Positions 42,651 through 42,651 of a stretch of 42,651 nucleotides of DNA are shown piece by piece. Location of the stretch: contig BAAIJX010000011.1 in assembly GCA_054600435.1 (NCBI GenBank), forward strand, positions 558,001 through 600,651, given 5' to 3'. The DNA comes from Neophaeotheca triangularis (taxonomy: Eukaryota). Within the stretch, counting starts at the first letter, position 1. Each line of letters opens with the position of its first letter. The notes beneath the pieces were generated by a model, which saw nothing but the letters and a program-made list of their open reading frames with translations, did no database searches and was not told the DNA's origin. The translations under genes and the position numbers were made by a program.

Positions 42651-42651
42651 T

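Noticed and set aside
1..42651. Prokaryotic defence systems, CRISPR arrays or intact transposons
   Set aside because: The DNA is intron-containing fungal sequence. No repeat-spacer arrays, transposase/RT ORFs, LTRs or long TIRs were seen, and the MTase-SNF2 gene matches eukaryotic DNMT5 rather than a restriction-modification enzyme.

Overview
Gene-dense (~53-55% GC by eye) eukaryotic genomic DNA from a filamentous ascomycete, inferred from short GT-AG introns with CTRAC branch points and Pezizomycotina-type proteins. In order: mitochondrial serine hydroxymethyltransferase (-), histidine phosphatase/PGM-like (-), Nma111 HtrA protease (-), a tandem pair of small 3-exon Myb/SANT-like genes that the ORF track only fragments (-,-), an acidic orphan with SUMO-interaction-like motifs (+), a CUE-AlkB-GRF dioxygenase (-), a Wee1 kinase (+), an RGG-tailed COG3044-type ATPase (+), an intronless 2227-aa DNMT5-type C5-methyltransferase/RING/SNF2 fusion (-), a 2H phosphoesterase (+), Sof1/DCAF13 (-), Rpn6 (+), a probable pseudogene, a secreted Gly/Asn-rich protein (+), Apn1 (-) and an Hst2/SIRT2-type sirtuin (+). 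The window ends in a G-tract. Best leads: (i) DNMT5 flanked by two uncharacterised, putatively RNA-acting enzymes inside a neighbourhood rich in methylation and repair genes; (ii) hidden N-terminal targeting extensions on Nma111 and Hst2; (iii) the Myb-like paralog pair; (iv) a perfect H-type pseudoknot and recurrent TAGGTA/CTAG palindromes in intergenic DNA. No tRNA, rRNA, CRISPR or intact transposon was found. All family calls come from motif recognition by eye, not database searches.
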